Source: Gemmatimonadota bacterium
GTDB taxonomy: Bacteria; Gemmatimonadota; Gemmatimonadetes; Palauibacterales; KS3-K002
Direction of reading: 5' to 3'
Length of the DNA stretch: 64,000 bases
Assembly (NCBI GenBank): GCA_039586795.1
Contig: JBDHJS010000006.1
Location: forward strand, 64,001-128,000
Made by a program: the position numbers and the translations under genes. This document shows positions 10,836 to 20,020 of the stretch, one piece after another; position 1 is the stretch's first letter; the number at the start of each line of letters is the position of its first letter. Under the pieces are notes generated by a model. The model saw only the letters and a program-made list of their open reading frames with translations, ran no database searches and was not told where the DNA came from.

Positions 10836-11477
10836 TTACTGCACGGCGGAAAACACGAAGTCAATTGCCAGCGAGATGACCAGATCGTTCTGCGTTTTGG
10901 GGCTGAAAGTGAAGCTTCCGATCGTCGGCTCGAACGTGTACAGATAGTCTCTTAGATCGAATCGCAGACCTAGCAACGGTGTCAGTCCGTACCGCATTCC
11001 TAGTCCGAACGTCCCTCCAAAGCTCGACGTCCCATCCCATTGTCTCCAGAAGTCGCCGTCTCGCGAGTTCCAACCTACGCCGGCCGACAAATAGAAGTAG
11101 AGTGGACTGAACGGCGCCTCGTAGAAGATCCACATCGCGTTCAGACTGGCGAGCAATACGGCGGACTTGTTGCTCTCTTCGGAGTCCGCCGCGAGCGGGA
11201 TGTTGAGGGTCGAGAACGCGTAGCCGGCTTCCAAGTCGATCGCTAGCTGTGACATCACCCGAACGGTGATGCGACCGCCGACCATCGGTGCCGTTTCCTG
11301 TCCTAGGTTGACGATGATGGGGCCCGTCGTGTCCCCGCTCAGTCGGATCTGGTCGAATAGCGCACTGGTGGGCAGGTAACCACCCATGAAGGCCGAGAGG
11401 CCGACCCGGACCTGGGTCTGCGCCGGTGTAGCGGTGATCGAGATCAGGGTGACGGCCAGCGCCAGCCTTCGAAGCAT
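10836..11477 (-). CDS. Outer membrane beta-barrel protein, paralog 2
   Basis: GGAGG RBS, signal peptide, YLSAGVG, GLGMRY, RFDLRDY, QNDLVISLAIDFVF; aligns by eye with 7987-8649. Confidence 0.8.
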   Translation of the reverse strand: MLRRLALAVTLISITATPAQTQVRVGLSAFMGGYLPTSALFDQIRLSGDTTGPIIVNLGQETAPMVGGRITVRVMSQLAIDLEAGYAFSTLNIPLAADSEESNKSAVLLASLNAMWIFYEAPFSPLYFYLSAGVGWNSRDGDFWRQWDGTSSFGGTFGLGMRYGLTPLLGLRFDLRDYLYTFEPTIGSFTFSPKTQNDLVISLAIDFVFSAVQ

Positions 11478-11653
11478 CAACGGCCTCCAGCCGTGTCGTG
11501 CGTTAACGTGCAATCGAGTGCTTCCCTGTGCTTCGGGCAGCGATGGGGAGTGCGTGCTCTATCTCGGGGTAGCAGGGGAGCAGCATACTAGTTGCCGAGC
11601 GGCCTTCCCGCAACGTTCTACACACCGACCCAACCCACGTTCCTCCGCGGGCC

Positions 11654-12478
11654 TCAGCGGGGCCCGGGTCCATAAAGGTCGTACCGCATGTCCCGCAGGA
11701 AAGGCACGTGCCGGCGCACCGCTTCGATTTGATCCAGGTCGATGTCGGTAACCAGGAGCGCCTCTTCGTCAGCTACAGCCCGGCTGAGCACCGCACCGCC
11801 AGGACCCGCGACGAAGCTCTCACCAAAGAAATGCAGCTCCTCGTCCATGCCGACCCGGTTCGCCACCGCGACGAATATCTGGTTCGCCACGGCCGACGCC
11901 TGAATCTCCAGTTCCCAGACATCCTTGAACGCCTGCTCCGACATCGATGTCGCCGTCGGAACGACGACCAGCTCGGCGCCACCCACGGCGAGCGCCCGAA
12001 AGTGCTCCGGGTAGTGTCGGTCATAACAGATCGCCACGCCGACTTTGCCGGCGCGCGTCTCGTGGACCGGCCACCCCGTATCACCCGGCCAGTAGTAGTA
12101 CTTCTCGTTGTAGCCCGGCTCCTCGCAGATGTGGAGCATCCGGCTCACGCCGACCAGGGTGCCGTCCGCATCGATGACCGGCGAAGAATCGTAGTAGCGT
12201 CCCGGCGCCGCTCGCTCGAACACGTTGATCACGGTGACCAGACCGTGACGCGCCGCCGCCTCCTGGAAGTGCCTGGTCGTCGGCCCCGGAATCGGCTCCG
12301 ACCAGTCGAAGTAGCTCGCGTCCGCCCGTATCTGCGGAAAGAAGAAGTCGAACGCCAACTCGGGGAACACGATCAGCTCGGCTCCCTCGTCCGCCGCCCG
12401 CGCCATCCACTCGAGCCCCTTTTCCCGACTCTTCTCCCGATCACCCACATGCTCAAACTGCGCACATGCCACGCGCAT
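11654..12478 (-). CDS. Carbon-nitrogen hydrolase (N-carbamoylputrescine amidase / beta-ureidopropionase-like)
   Basis: FPEL, EKYYYWPGD, AICYDRHYPE, ANRVG, FFGESF, PFLRD. Confidence 0.88.
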   Translation of the reverse strand: MRVACAQFEHVGDREKSREKGLEWMARAADEGAELIVFPELAFDFFFPQIRADASYFDWSEPIPGPTTRHFQEAAARHGLVTVINVFERAAPGRYYDSSPVIDADGTLVGVSRMLHICEEPGYNEKYYYWPGDTGWPVHETRAGKVGVAICYDRHYPEHFRALAVGGAELVVVPTATSMSEQAFKDVWELEIQASAVANQIFVAVANRVGMDEELHFFGESFVAGPGGAVLSRAVADEEALLVTDIDLDQIEAVRRHVPFLRDMRYDLYGPGPR

Positions 12479-12572
12479 CTATGGCCTCCTGTTTCTTGTT
12501 GGCTGATATGAATCGCCCTTTAGGACCCTGAGAGCAAGAGAGGGCATATAGGGAATAGGAACACATGTGAAG

Positions 12573-12730
12573 CGGATTCAACGATTGCGGATTCGAAATT
12601 CGAAAACTGTGAACGGCCACGGCAGGTCCGATCTCAACTCCCAACTCCAGAATCCGCAATCGTTGAATCAGCTTCGATAATTCCGTTCACCTTGACACTT
12701 CACAGTTCCGAATTCACAATTCAGAATCAC
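12573..12730. repeat. Gene-less palindromic element related to the four-helix-bundle flanks
   Basis: Perfect 20-bp IR 12575-12594/12650-12669; shares a 14-mer with 4725-4738 and a 23-mer with 5184-5206. Confidence 0.85.
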
Positions 12731-12811
12731 GAGCGCCGGACTCCCCGGGTCGTATCCGTGGGTAACCGGCCCTTTTGCTTACAAACCTTTCCAGGTATCG
12801 GAAGGTGTGTC

Positions 12812-14749
12812 ATGAGTGCAGAAAAGCTGAGTCTGGTCCTGCCAGACGGCAGCCAGATCGAGGTCGAGCCCGGCATCTCGGCCCGCGACCTGGCGGAGCA
12901 AGTGATCGGCGACAAGGCCCGACGGGCCATCGCCGCCAAGTTGGACGACGAGATCATCGATCTCGCCCGGCCCATCCAGCGTTCCGGCGACTTCAGGATC
13001 CTGTTCGAGAACGACGAAGACGAGGACTCGCTCTACGTGCTACGCCACTCGGCGGCGCACGTGCTTGCCACCGCGGTCCGCAGCATCTGGCCCAGTGCCG
13101 GCATCGGCTTCGGGCCTCCGATAGCCGACGGCTTCTACTACGACTTCGACGTCGAGACACCGTTCACTCCCGAGGACCTCGAGCGCATTGAGGAGCGCAT
13201 GGCCGAGGTCGTCGCCGGTGACGACGCGTTCGAGCGGAATGAAGTCGAGCGCGACGAGGCGCGGCAACTGTTCTACGACGATCCGTACAAACTCGAGCGG
13301 CTGGAGGAGATCGAGGAGGACGATGTCATCTCGGTCTATCGGGACGGTGAATTTCAGGATCTCTGCCGGGGGCCACATGTGCCGTCGACTGGTCGCGTCA
13401 AGAACTACAAGGTCCTCCATTCCGCCGGTGCCTACTGGAGGGGCGATGAGCGGCGCCCGATGCTTCAGCGCATCTACGGGACCAGCTTCTTCGACAAGAA
13501 GAACTTGCGGAAGCACCTCCACAGGCTCGAGGAGGCTCGCAAACGCGATCACCGAGTCATCGGCAAGGAGCTCGACCTGTTCAGCATCCAGGACGACGTT
13601 GGGCCGGGGCTGATCCACTGGCACCCGAAGGGCGCCATGGTCCAGTTCCTGATGCGGCGCTTCCTGGAAGACGAGCTGATGAAGCGGGGCTACGACTTTG
13701 TCTACACTCCGCACATCGCTCGGGAAGCGCTGTTCCGCCGATCGGGTCACCTTCAGGCCTATTCCGAGGTGATGTTTCCGCCCATGGAGAGCGAGGGGGA
13801 GAAAGAGAACTATCGGGTAAAACCGATGAATTGCCCCTCTCATATGGAGATCTACGCGGCCCGGCAGCGCAGCTACCGCGATCTACCGATCCGGTATTCC
13901 GAGATCGCCAGCGACTACCGAAACGAGAAGTCGGGCACTCTGCACGGCATGCTCCGCGTCCGGGGCCTGACCATGGACGATGCGCATATCTTCTGTCGGC
14001 CCGACCAAGTCGAGGACGAGATCTACGGCATGCTCGATCTCGTGGCTTACATCTACGGTACCTTCGGGCTCGTGTACCGGCTTGATTTTTCGACCCGTCC
14101 CGCAAAGCGCATCGGCTCGGATGAGGTATGGGATGAGGCGGAGAACGCGTTGCGCGCGGCGATCGAACGTCGCGGACTGACCTACAAGGTCGACCCGGGC
14201 GGCGGCGCGTTCTACGGCCCCAAGATCGACGTCAAGTTCCTCGACGCGATCGGGCGCGAGTGGCAGGGCTCGACCATCCAGCTCGACTTCGTTCTCCCGG
14301 AGCGCTTCGACCTGTCGTACATCGGTGCCGACAACCAGAAACATCGGCCGGCGATGATTCACCGCGCCATCTTCGGAACCTTCGAGCGGTTCATCGGTGG
14401 ACTGATCGAGCACTTCGCCGGCGCTTTCCCGGTCTGGCTCGCTCCCGTGCAGGCGCGGTTGGTGCCGGTGACCGACGATTTCGTTGACGCCGCCCGAAAG
14501 GTCGAGCAGGCGTTGGTCGAGGCCGGCCTCCGCGTCGAGTTGGACGACCGGGCCGAGACCGTCTCCTATCGGATTCGCGACGGCGAGCTGCAGAAAGTCC
14601 CGTACTTGGGCGTGATCGGCGAGCGGGAGGCCGAAGCTGGCACCGTCGCGGTGCGCAAACGCGGATCTGAAAAGAAGCAAGTCGTCATGCCGGTAGCGGA
14701 CTTCGTCCAGCAAGTAGAGGAGGAGAACCGCACCCGCGCCCTGACGTGA
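12812..14749 (+). CDS. thrS: Threonine--tRNA ligase
   Basis: TGS domain, RHSAAH, DLCRGPH, RIYG, RDHR, KPMNCP, HRAIFGTFERF. Confidence 0.98.
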   Translation: MSAEKLSLVLPDGSQIEVEPGISARDLAEQVIGDKARRAIAAKLDDEIIDLARPIQRSGDFRILFENDEDEDSLYVLRHSAAHVLATAVRSIWPSAGIGFGPPIADGFYYDFDVETPFTPEDLERIEERMAEVVAGDDAFERNEVERDEARQLFYDDPYKLERLEEIEEDDVISVYRDGEFQDLCRGPHVPSTGRVKNYKVLHSAGAYWRGDERRPMLQRIYGTSFFDKKNLRKHLHRLEEARKRDHRVIGKELDLFSIQDDVGPGLIHWHPKGAMVQFLMRRFLEDELMKRGYDFVYTPHIAREALFRRSGHLQAYSEVMFPPMESEGEKENYRVKPMNCPSHMEIYAARQRSYRDLPIRYSEIASDYRNEKSGTLHGMLRVRGLTMDDAHIFCRPDQVEDEIYGMLDLVAYIYGTFGLVYRLDFSTRPAKRIGSDEVWDEAENALRAAIERRGLTYKVDPGGGAFYGPKIDVKFLDAIGREWQGSTIQLDFVLPERFDLSYIGADNQKHRPAMIHRAIFGTFERFIGGLIEHFAGAFPVWLAPVQARLVPVTDDFVDAARKVEQALVEAGLRVELDDRAETVSYRIRDGELQKVPYLGVIGEREAEAGTVAVRKRGSEKKQVVMPVADFVQQVEEENRTRALT

Positions 14750-14805
14750 CCTCCTGCTCCGGCTCGTGCTCGTGATCGACAAGGACCACGAGCGCGAGCA
14801 GGAGG
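14750..14805. repeat. Hexamer-periodic (GCTCGT/ACGAGC) palindrome after thrS
   Basis: CCTCCTGCTC/GAGCAGGAGG and GCTCGTGCTCGTG/CACGAGCGCGAGC arms. Confidence 0.7.
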
Positions 14806-14835
14806 GATCGCGCGCCGAGAAGAAGCCTGTGACGG

Positions 14836-15010
14836 TTGACAATCGGCCGCGTTTGGCCAAGTTATTCGCCTTACAATGAGGAAAGTGGCGGTCCGATGGA
14901 CGCCGCCCACCCTTCAGCCTGCACGCCCTGTGCGGAGCTGCCGGGTCAAGCGGGAGGAGCCCCTGAACCACCGGTCACAGCGGCCGGAAGGGGCCCGTAT
15001 CGCTTGGTCC
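14836..15010 (+). promoter_or_regulatory. Putative promoter (TTGACA 14836-14841) and structured leader of infC-rpmI-rplT
   Basis: Stems GGCGG/CCGCC, GGTCAAGCG/CGCTTGGTC, GCCCCT/AGGGGC, CCGGTC/GGCCGG. Confidence 0.45.
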
Positions 15011-15066
15011 ATCATCTTTTGTTTATTGGGTTTTCGGCGCTCGAACCCCCCGAAACAAGGAGACCG

Positions 15067-15588
15067 ATAATCGACAAAAACGAGCCCCGCGTAAACAACC
15101 AGATCCGCATCAGCCCGGTTAGGCTGGTCGACGCGGAAGGCGAACAGGTCGGGATCGTATCAATCGAAGACGCCCGCGCCGCCGCGGCGGAGCGGGGACT
15201 TGACCTGGTCGAGGTCGCGCCAAACGCACGGCCGCCCGTCGTGCGGATCATGGACTATGGGAAGTACAAGTACGAGCAGGCTCGCAAAGCGCGCGAATCG
15301 AAGAAGAAGCAGCACCAGGTGAAGGTGAAGGAGATCAAGCTCCGACCGAAGATCGAGGAGCACGATTTCAACTTCAAGTCCGGGCACGCCCGGCGTTTTC
15401 TGGAAGAAGGCAACAAGGTCAAGCTGACGATGCGGTTCCGCGGGCGCGAGATGACTCACACGGAACTTGGCGCGGCGGTCCTCGAGCGGTTCTCGGGGCT
15501 ACTAGTGGATGTCGGCCAAGTCGAAGAGAAGCCCAGAATGGAAGGGCGTCAGATGGTGATGGTCGTGGCGCCCCGGCGGTCCGGATGA
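15067..15588 (+). CDS. infC: Translation initiation factor IF-3, non-canonical start (ATA 15067 or ATC 15070)
   Basis: RVNNQIR..PVRLV, LDLVEVAP, IMDYGKYKY, KEIKLRP, FRGRE; AAGGAG directly upstream of ATA ATC. Confidence 0.96.
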   Translation: MIDKNEPRVNNQIRISPVRLVDAEGEQVGIVSIEDARAAAAERGLDLVEVAPNARPPVVRIMDYGKYKYEQARKARESKKKQHQVKVKEIKLRPKIEEHDFNFKSGHARRFLEEGNKVKLTMRFRGREMTHTELGAAVLERFSGLLVDVGQVEEKPRMEGRQMVMVVAPRRSG

Positions 15589-15621
15589 CCGTTTGCGTAG
15601 AAAGGAAGAGTTGAAGCAGCG

Positions 15622-15816
15622 ATGCCGAAGATGAAGACACACCGAGCCGCCGCAAAGCGGTTTCGGAAGACGGCCACGGGTAAGCTCAAGCGCCGCAAGG
15701 CCTACAAGAGCCATATCCTGGCGAAGAAAACGCGGAAGAGAAAGCGCAACCTGCGCAAGTCGACGCTTGTTGCAGCGAGCGACCAACGGCGAGTGAAGCG
15801 GATGCTCGGCTTGTGA
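15622..15816 (+). CDS. rpmI: 50S ribosomal protein L35
   Basis: [19 protein letters not shown]...HIL.KK. Confidence 0.98.
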   Translation: MPKMKTHRAAAKRFRKTATGKLKRRKAYKSHILAKKTRKRKRNLRKSTLVAASDQRRVKRMLGL

Positions 15817-15884
15817 CGCTGTGACGCCCTCGCGGGCAGCACAGGCGTCACAGCCAGAAGATTTGAATATAAGGAGTACTTGAG

Positions 15885-16244
15885 ATGGCTCGGGTTACCA
15901 ATCAGGTCGCACGACACAAGAAGAAGAAGAAAGTTCGTGAAGCAGCGAAGGGCTACCGCGGCGCGCGCTCCAAGCTCTATCGCTCGGCCAAGAACGCTGT
16001 GGAGCGCGGCTGGAAGACCAGCTATCGCGATCGCCGCAACCGTAAGCGCGATTTCCGGCGTCTCTGGATCACGCGCATCAACGCCGGGGCGCGTCAGCAC
16101 GATCTGACCTACTCGAATTTTATCAATGGCCTGCGATCCGCCGGCGTCGAGCTCAACCGTAAGTCGCTCGCCGACCTGGCCGTTCGCGATCCTAGCGCCT
16201 TTGGCGATCTCGTCGCTGTGGCCAAGGAAGCGCTCGCCAAGTAG
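15885..16244 (+). CDS. rplT: 50S ribosomal protein L20
   Basis: [41 protein letters not shown]. Confidence 0.98.
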   Translation: MARVTNQVARHKKKKKVREAAKGYRGARSKLYRSAKNAVERGWKTSYRDRRNRKRDFRRLWITRINAGARQHDLTYSNFINGLRSAGVELNRKSLADLAVRDPSAFGDLVAVAKEALAK

Positions 16245-16257
16245 AACGCGCAACTCG

Positions 16258-17289
16258 ATGCAAGACTTCCTGTCCAACCTGCGCGAGCTGGAAGAGGCCG
16301 GCGCGAGCGCCATCGCAAGCGCCGACTCGACGGACGCGCTCGAGCGCATCCGCGTCGAGTACACCGGCCGCAAAGCGCAGCTAACTCAGCTGCTCCGCGG
16401 CGTCCGCGACTTGCCCCAGGATCAACGCCCCGAGGCCGGGGCCGAGGCGAACCGCGTCAAACAGCGCCTCGTCGAGCTCCTCGACCAGCGCGCCGCCGAG
16501 CTGGCCGGCGGAGTAGAGGAAGCGGCGGTAGACGTCGACCTCACGTTCCCAGGCCGCACCACCTGGCACGGCGCGCGGCACCCGTGCACGCTGGTCGCCG
16601 ACGAGATCTGCTCGATCTTCAAGGAGCTCGGCTTCTCTCGCGCTCGCGGTCGCGAGGCGGAGACGACCTGGTACAACTTCACCGCGCTCAACACGTCACT
16701 CGATCACCCGGCGGCGGATGAGGCGGACACGTTCTACCTGTCCGAAGACACGCTGCTGCGGACCCATACGTCGCCGGTGCAAGCGCACGTAATGGAGCAG
16801 TACAAGCCGCCGGTGCGTATCGTCGTCCCCGGGATGGTCTATAGACGGGACCCGTACGATGCATCGCACGCGCCGGCCTTCGAGCAGATCGAGGGGCTCG
16901 CCGTCGATGAAGGGATCACGTTCGTCGACTACAAGGCCGCCATCGACTACTTCGTGCACAGGTTCTTCGGCGCCGACACCAAGACCCGGTTCCGCCCATC
17001 GTTTTTCCCGTTCACTGAACCGTCCGCCGAGGTCGATGTCTCGTGTCTCCTCTGCCACGGTCAGGGGTGCTCGGCCTGCAAGGGCACCGGCTGGATCGAG
17101 ATCATGGGCTCTGGGATGGTCGACCCTGCCGTGTTTGATAATGTCGGTTACGACTCGGAGCGCTACACCGGTTTTGCGTTCGGCATGGGCGTCGCGAGGA
17201 TCGCCATGCTGCGTTACAGGATTCCTGATATCCGCTTGCTCTACGAAAGCGATGTGCGCTTTCTCGAGCAGTTCGATCGGGCCGAATAG
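16258..17289 (+). CDS. pheS: Phenylalanine--tRNA ligase alpha subunit
   Basis: HPA...DTFY, LLRTHTSPVQ, RFRPSFFPFTEPSAE, CxxC-CxxC insert, GFAFGMG. Confidence 0.98.
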   Translation: MQDFLSNLRELEEAGASAIASADSTDALERIRVEYTGRKAQLTQLLRGVRDLPQDQRPEAGAEANRVKQRLVELLDQRAAELAGGVEEAAVDVDLTFPGRTTWHGARHPCTLVADEICSIFKELGFSRARGREAETTWYNFTALNTSLDHPAADEADTFYLSEDTLLRTHTSPVQAHVMEQYKPPVRIVVPGMVYRRDPYDASHAPAFEQIEGLAVDEGITFVDYKAAIDYFVHRFFGADTKTRFRPSFFPFTEPSAEVDVSCLLCHGQGCSACKGTGWIEIMGSGMVDPAVFDNVGYDSERYTGFAFGMGVARIAMLRYRIPDIRLLYESDVRFLEQFDRAE

Positions 17290-17322
17290 AAGGGCCCGGC
17301 GTTACGCGCCCAGAACTGAGTT

Positions 17323-19728
17323 ATGAACATTTCTTACCGCTGGCTGCAGCAGCTGGCGCCGACGATCAACGATTCCGCCGAGGCGGCGGCCGAGAAGCTC
17401 ACTTACACCGCCGTCCCGGTCGATGAGGTGGTCTGGCTGGGCCATGGCCTGGAGGAGCTTGTCGTCGCCCGGGTCAGCAGCGTCGACAAGCATCCTCAGG
17501 CCGATCGCCTCGTGATCTGCAAAGTCGACGCCGGACGTGACCAGCCGGTGCAGGTCGTCACCGGCGCGCCCGTCGTCGTCGAGGGCGGCTACTACCCGTT
17601 CGTCGGTGCGGGGCAGACCCTGCCGGGTAACGTGGCCGTGAAGAAGGCCAAGCTGCGCGGCGAAGTCAGCGAAGGTATGCTGTGCTCTGAGAAAGAGCTC
17701 GGCATCGGTCGCGACGCCGATGGCATCATGCTGCTGCAGGGGGAGTTCAGGCCCGGGCAATCGCTGCTCGAAGCGCTGGAGCTTGACGACCATCGCCTCG
17801 ACGTCGACGTGACCACCAACCGGCCCGACTTGCTCGGTCACCTGGGCGTCGCCCGCGAGCTCGCACCCGGCGGCGTTGACGACGTGAGACTACCCGACTT
17901 CCCCGGGCACGTCGCGGCGGATTACGCCACCGAGACCGTCGACAACGAAGGCGTGACCGGCGGTATCACCGTGCGAATCGAGGACCCTGAGGGATGTCCT
18001 CGATACATGGGCGCCGTGATCCGCGGTGTGACCATCGCCCCGTCGCCCGCCTGGCTGGCCAACCGGCTGCGCGCCATCGGGCAGCAGCCGATCAACAACG
18101 TCGTCGACGCGACGAACTACGTTCTCCACGAGCTCAATCAGCCGATCCACGCGTTCGACCTTCACAAGCTTGGCGGTTCGGCCGTCGTGATCCGGCGGGC
18201 GAAGAAACGCGAAACGCTCCGCACGCTGGATGGCAAGGAGCGAAAGCTGGATCCGGAGATGCTGGTGATCGCCGATGCTAAAGTCCCCTCGGCGATGGCG
18301 GGGCTGATGGGCGGCGAGAACAGCGAGGTCGACGATGACACGAAGGACGTCTTCATCGAGTGCGCCTACTTCGATCCGAAACGGGTTCGCAAGGCCGCGA
18401 AGGGCCTGGATCTCGATACCGATGCGTCCTATCGCTTCCAGCGCGGTATGGATCGGGAAGGTCTGCCTCGCGCCGTGCAGAGGGTTGTGGACCTCATCCT
18501 GACGACAGCCGGCGGGCAAGTGGATGGGGCCGCCGTCGACGTTTACCCGAACCGCTACGAGCCGCTGACCCTGACGCTGCGCCCATCACGGGTGAGCCAC
18601 CTGCTGGGTCTCGATCTGGATCGCGAAACGATTCGAAGCTGTCTGGAGCCCATCGGCTTCTCGGTGAAGGAAACGGGTGATGACCTCGCGGTGCTCGTGC
18701 CCAGCTGGCGGCCCGACGCCGAGCGCGAGGTCGACCTGATCGAAGAAGTCGCCCGACGCTTCGGGTACGACAAGTTCCCGGACGAGATGCGCACGTTCCG
18801 GCCCACCTCGGTACCGGAAGACGCCCAGGTCGAGGTCGTGCGTCAGCTGCGGGAACGGATGATCGGCTTCGGGTTCCTGGAAGCGATGACCAACCCCTTC
18901 GTTCCGTCGGACGACGGCGAGATCAAGCTCCTGAACCCACTGTCGGAACGGGAGGATCATCTTCGCCGCGACCTACTGACCGAGCTCATTCATCGCGTCG
19001 AGTACAACCTCGCCCGCGGTCAGCGCGATATCCGACTGTTCGAGATCGGCACGGCCTTCACCGATGGTGGTGACCCGCTGCCCACAGAGCGCTCTCTCAT
19101 CGCTGCCGTCTGGACCGGCAACCGCCGACCAGCCCACTGGTCGGAGGAGAGTCAGGATTGGGACGTCTGGGACCTGAAGGCGATCTTTGCGAGCGCCGCC
19201 GCCGCCGCGGCGCCGGGAGCCGAAGTCCGTTCCGTGTCGAGCGATGTGGATGATGGCCAGCCGCCACCGCGTATGGAGCAGCTTTTCGCCCTCGTCACGC
19301 CCGACGGTCAGACCGTTGGCTCGGCTGGTCGGATCGCCGCCCAGGGACTTGATGTGCCGAAGTGGGCCGGCCGGCTCTGGTGTTTCGAGCTGGCGATCGA
19401 ATCCACGATTCGCCAGCCCACTCGCTATCAAGCGTTGCCGGTCTATCCAGCCGTCGATCGCGATCTGGCTTTGCTCGTTCCGGTCGGCACGCTCTCCGCA
19501 GACGTCGAGGCGGTGATTCGCGACGCCGCGCCCGGCTACCTCGAGTGGCTGACGGTCTTCGATGTCTATGAGGGCGACAAGATCCCCGTCGGCACACGCA
19601 GTATCGCCTACCGCTTGAGATTCCGGTCGCCCGACCGTACCCTAACCGACGAGGGAGTCGACTCAGCTGTTCAGAGGATCACCGCGGCGCTCAAGGAGAA
19701 GCTCAATGTCGGAATCCGCGGAGCATAG
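17323..19728 (+). CDS. pheT: Phenylalanine--tRNA ligase beta subunit
   Basis: HPQADRL, SEGMLCS, TNRPD, INNVVDATNYV, DLIEEVAR, NPLS, RDLA, RTLTD. Confidence 0.98.
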   Translation: MNISYRWLQQLAPTINDSAEAAAEKLTYTAVPVDEVVWLGHGLEELVVARVSSVDKHPQADRLVICKVDAGRDQPVQVVTGAPVVVEGGYYPFVGAGQTLPGNVAVKKAKLRGEVSEGMLCSEKELGIGRDADGIMLLQGEFRPGQSLLEALELDDHRLDVDVTTNRPDLLGHLGVARELAPGGVDDVRLPDFPGHVAADYATETVDNEGVTGGITVRIEDPEGCPRYMGAVIRGVTIAPSPAWLANRLRAIGQQPINNVVDATNYVLHELNQPIHAFDLHKLGGSAVVIRRAKKRETLRTLDGKERKLDPEMLVIADAKVPSAMAGLMGGENSEVDDDTKDVFIECAYFDPKRVRKAAKGLDLDTDASYRFQRGMDREGLPRAVQRVVDLILTTAGGQVDGAAVDVYPNRYEPLTLTLRPSRVSHLLGLDLDRETIRSCLEPIGFSVKETGDDLAVLVPSWRPDAEREVDLIEEVARRFGYDKFPDEMRTFRPTSVPEDAQVEVVRQLRERMIGFGFLEAMTNPFVPSDDGEIKLLNPLSEREDHLRRDLLTELIHRVEYNLARGQRDIRLFEIGTAFTDGGDPLPTERSLIAAVWTGNRRPAHWSEESQDWDVWDLKAIFASAAAAAAPGAEVRSVSSDVDDGQPPPRMEQLFALVTPDGQTVGSAGRIAAQGLDVPKWAGRLWCFELAIESTIRQPTRYQALPVYPAVDRDLALLVPVGTLSADVEAVIRDAAPGYLEWLTVFDVYEGDKIPVGTRSIAYRLRFRSPDRTLTDEGVDSAVQRITAALKEKLNVGIRGA

Positions 19729-19735
19729 ACCAACC

Positions 19736-20020
19736 ATGGAGTTCCCGAAGTTCGACGAGCTGGAGTCCGTCATTCGTCGTGCGCTTCGCCAGCTGGAGGT
19801 CTGGCGTGAGCGCGCCTCCAACTCGGAGGCCGAACGCCGGCGCCTCCAGGATGTCATCGAGCGCGTCGGGCAGATCGGGGACCTAGAGCCCGCTTCCGCG
19901 GCCGACGAGCTCGAACGCCTGCGCCGCGAAAACGAGATCCTGCGAGCCCAACTCGAAAAAGGACGCGCCCAGGCCGAAAAGCTGGCTCGGGAAGTCGAAT
20001 TCCTGGAGGATGCAAGATGA
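19736..20020 (+). CDS. Small coiled-coil protein (ZapB-like by position)
   Basis: Heptad pattern LERLRRENEILRAQL; lies between pheT and zapA; alternative start 19706. Confidence 0.65.
   Translation: MEFPKFDELESVIRRALRQLEVWRERASNSEAERRRLQDVIERVGQIGDLEPASAADELERLRRENEILRAQLEKGRAQAEKLAREVEFLEDAR

Noticed and set aside
12735..12811. T-box or tRNA-mimic leader for thrS
   Set aside because: Small hairpins exist (GGGTCG/CGGCCC-TTTT; TTCC/GGAA over the RBS), but there is no T-box consensus and no correctly placed NGU anticodon loop
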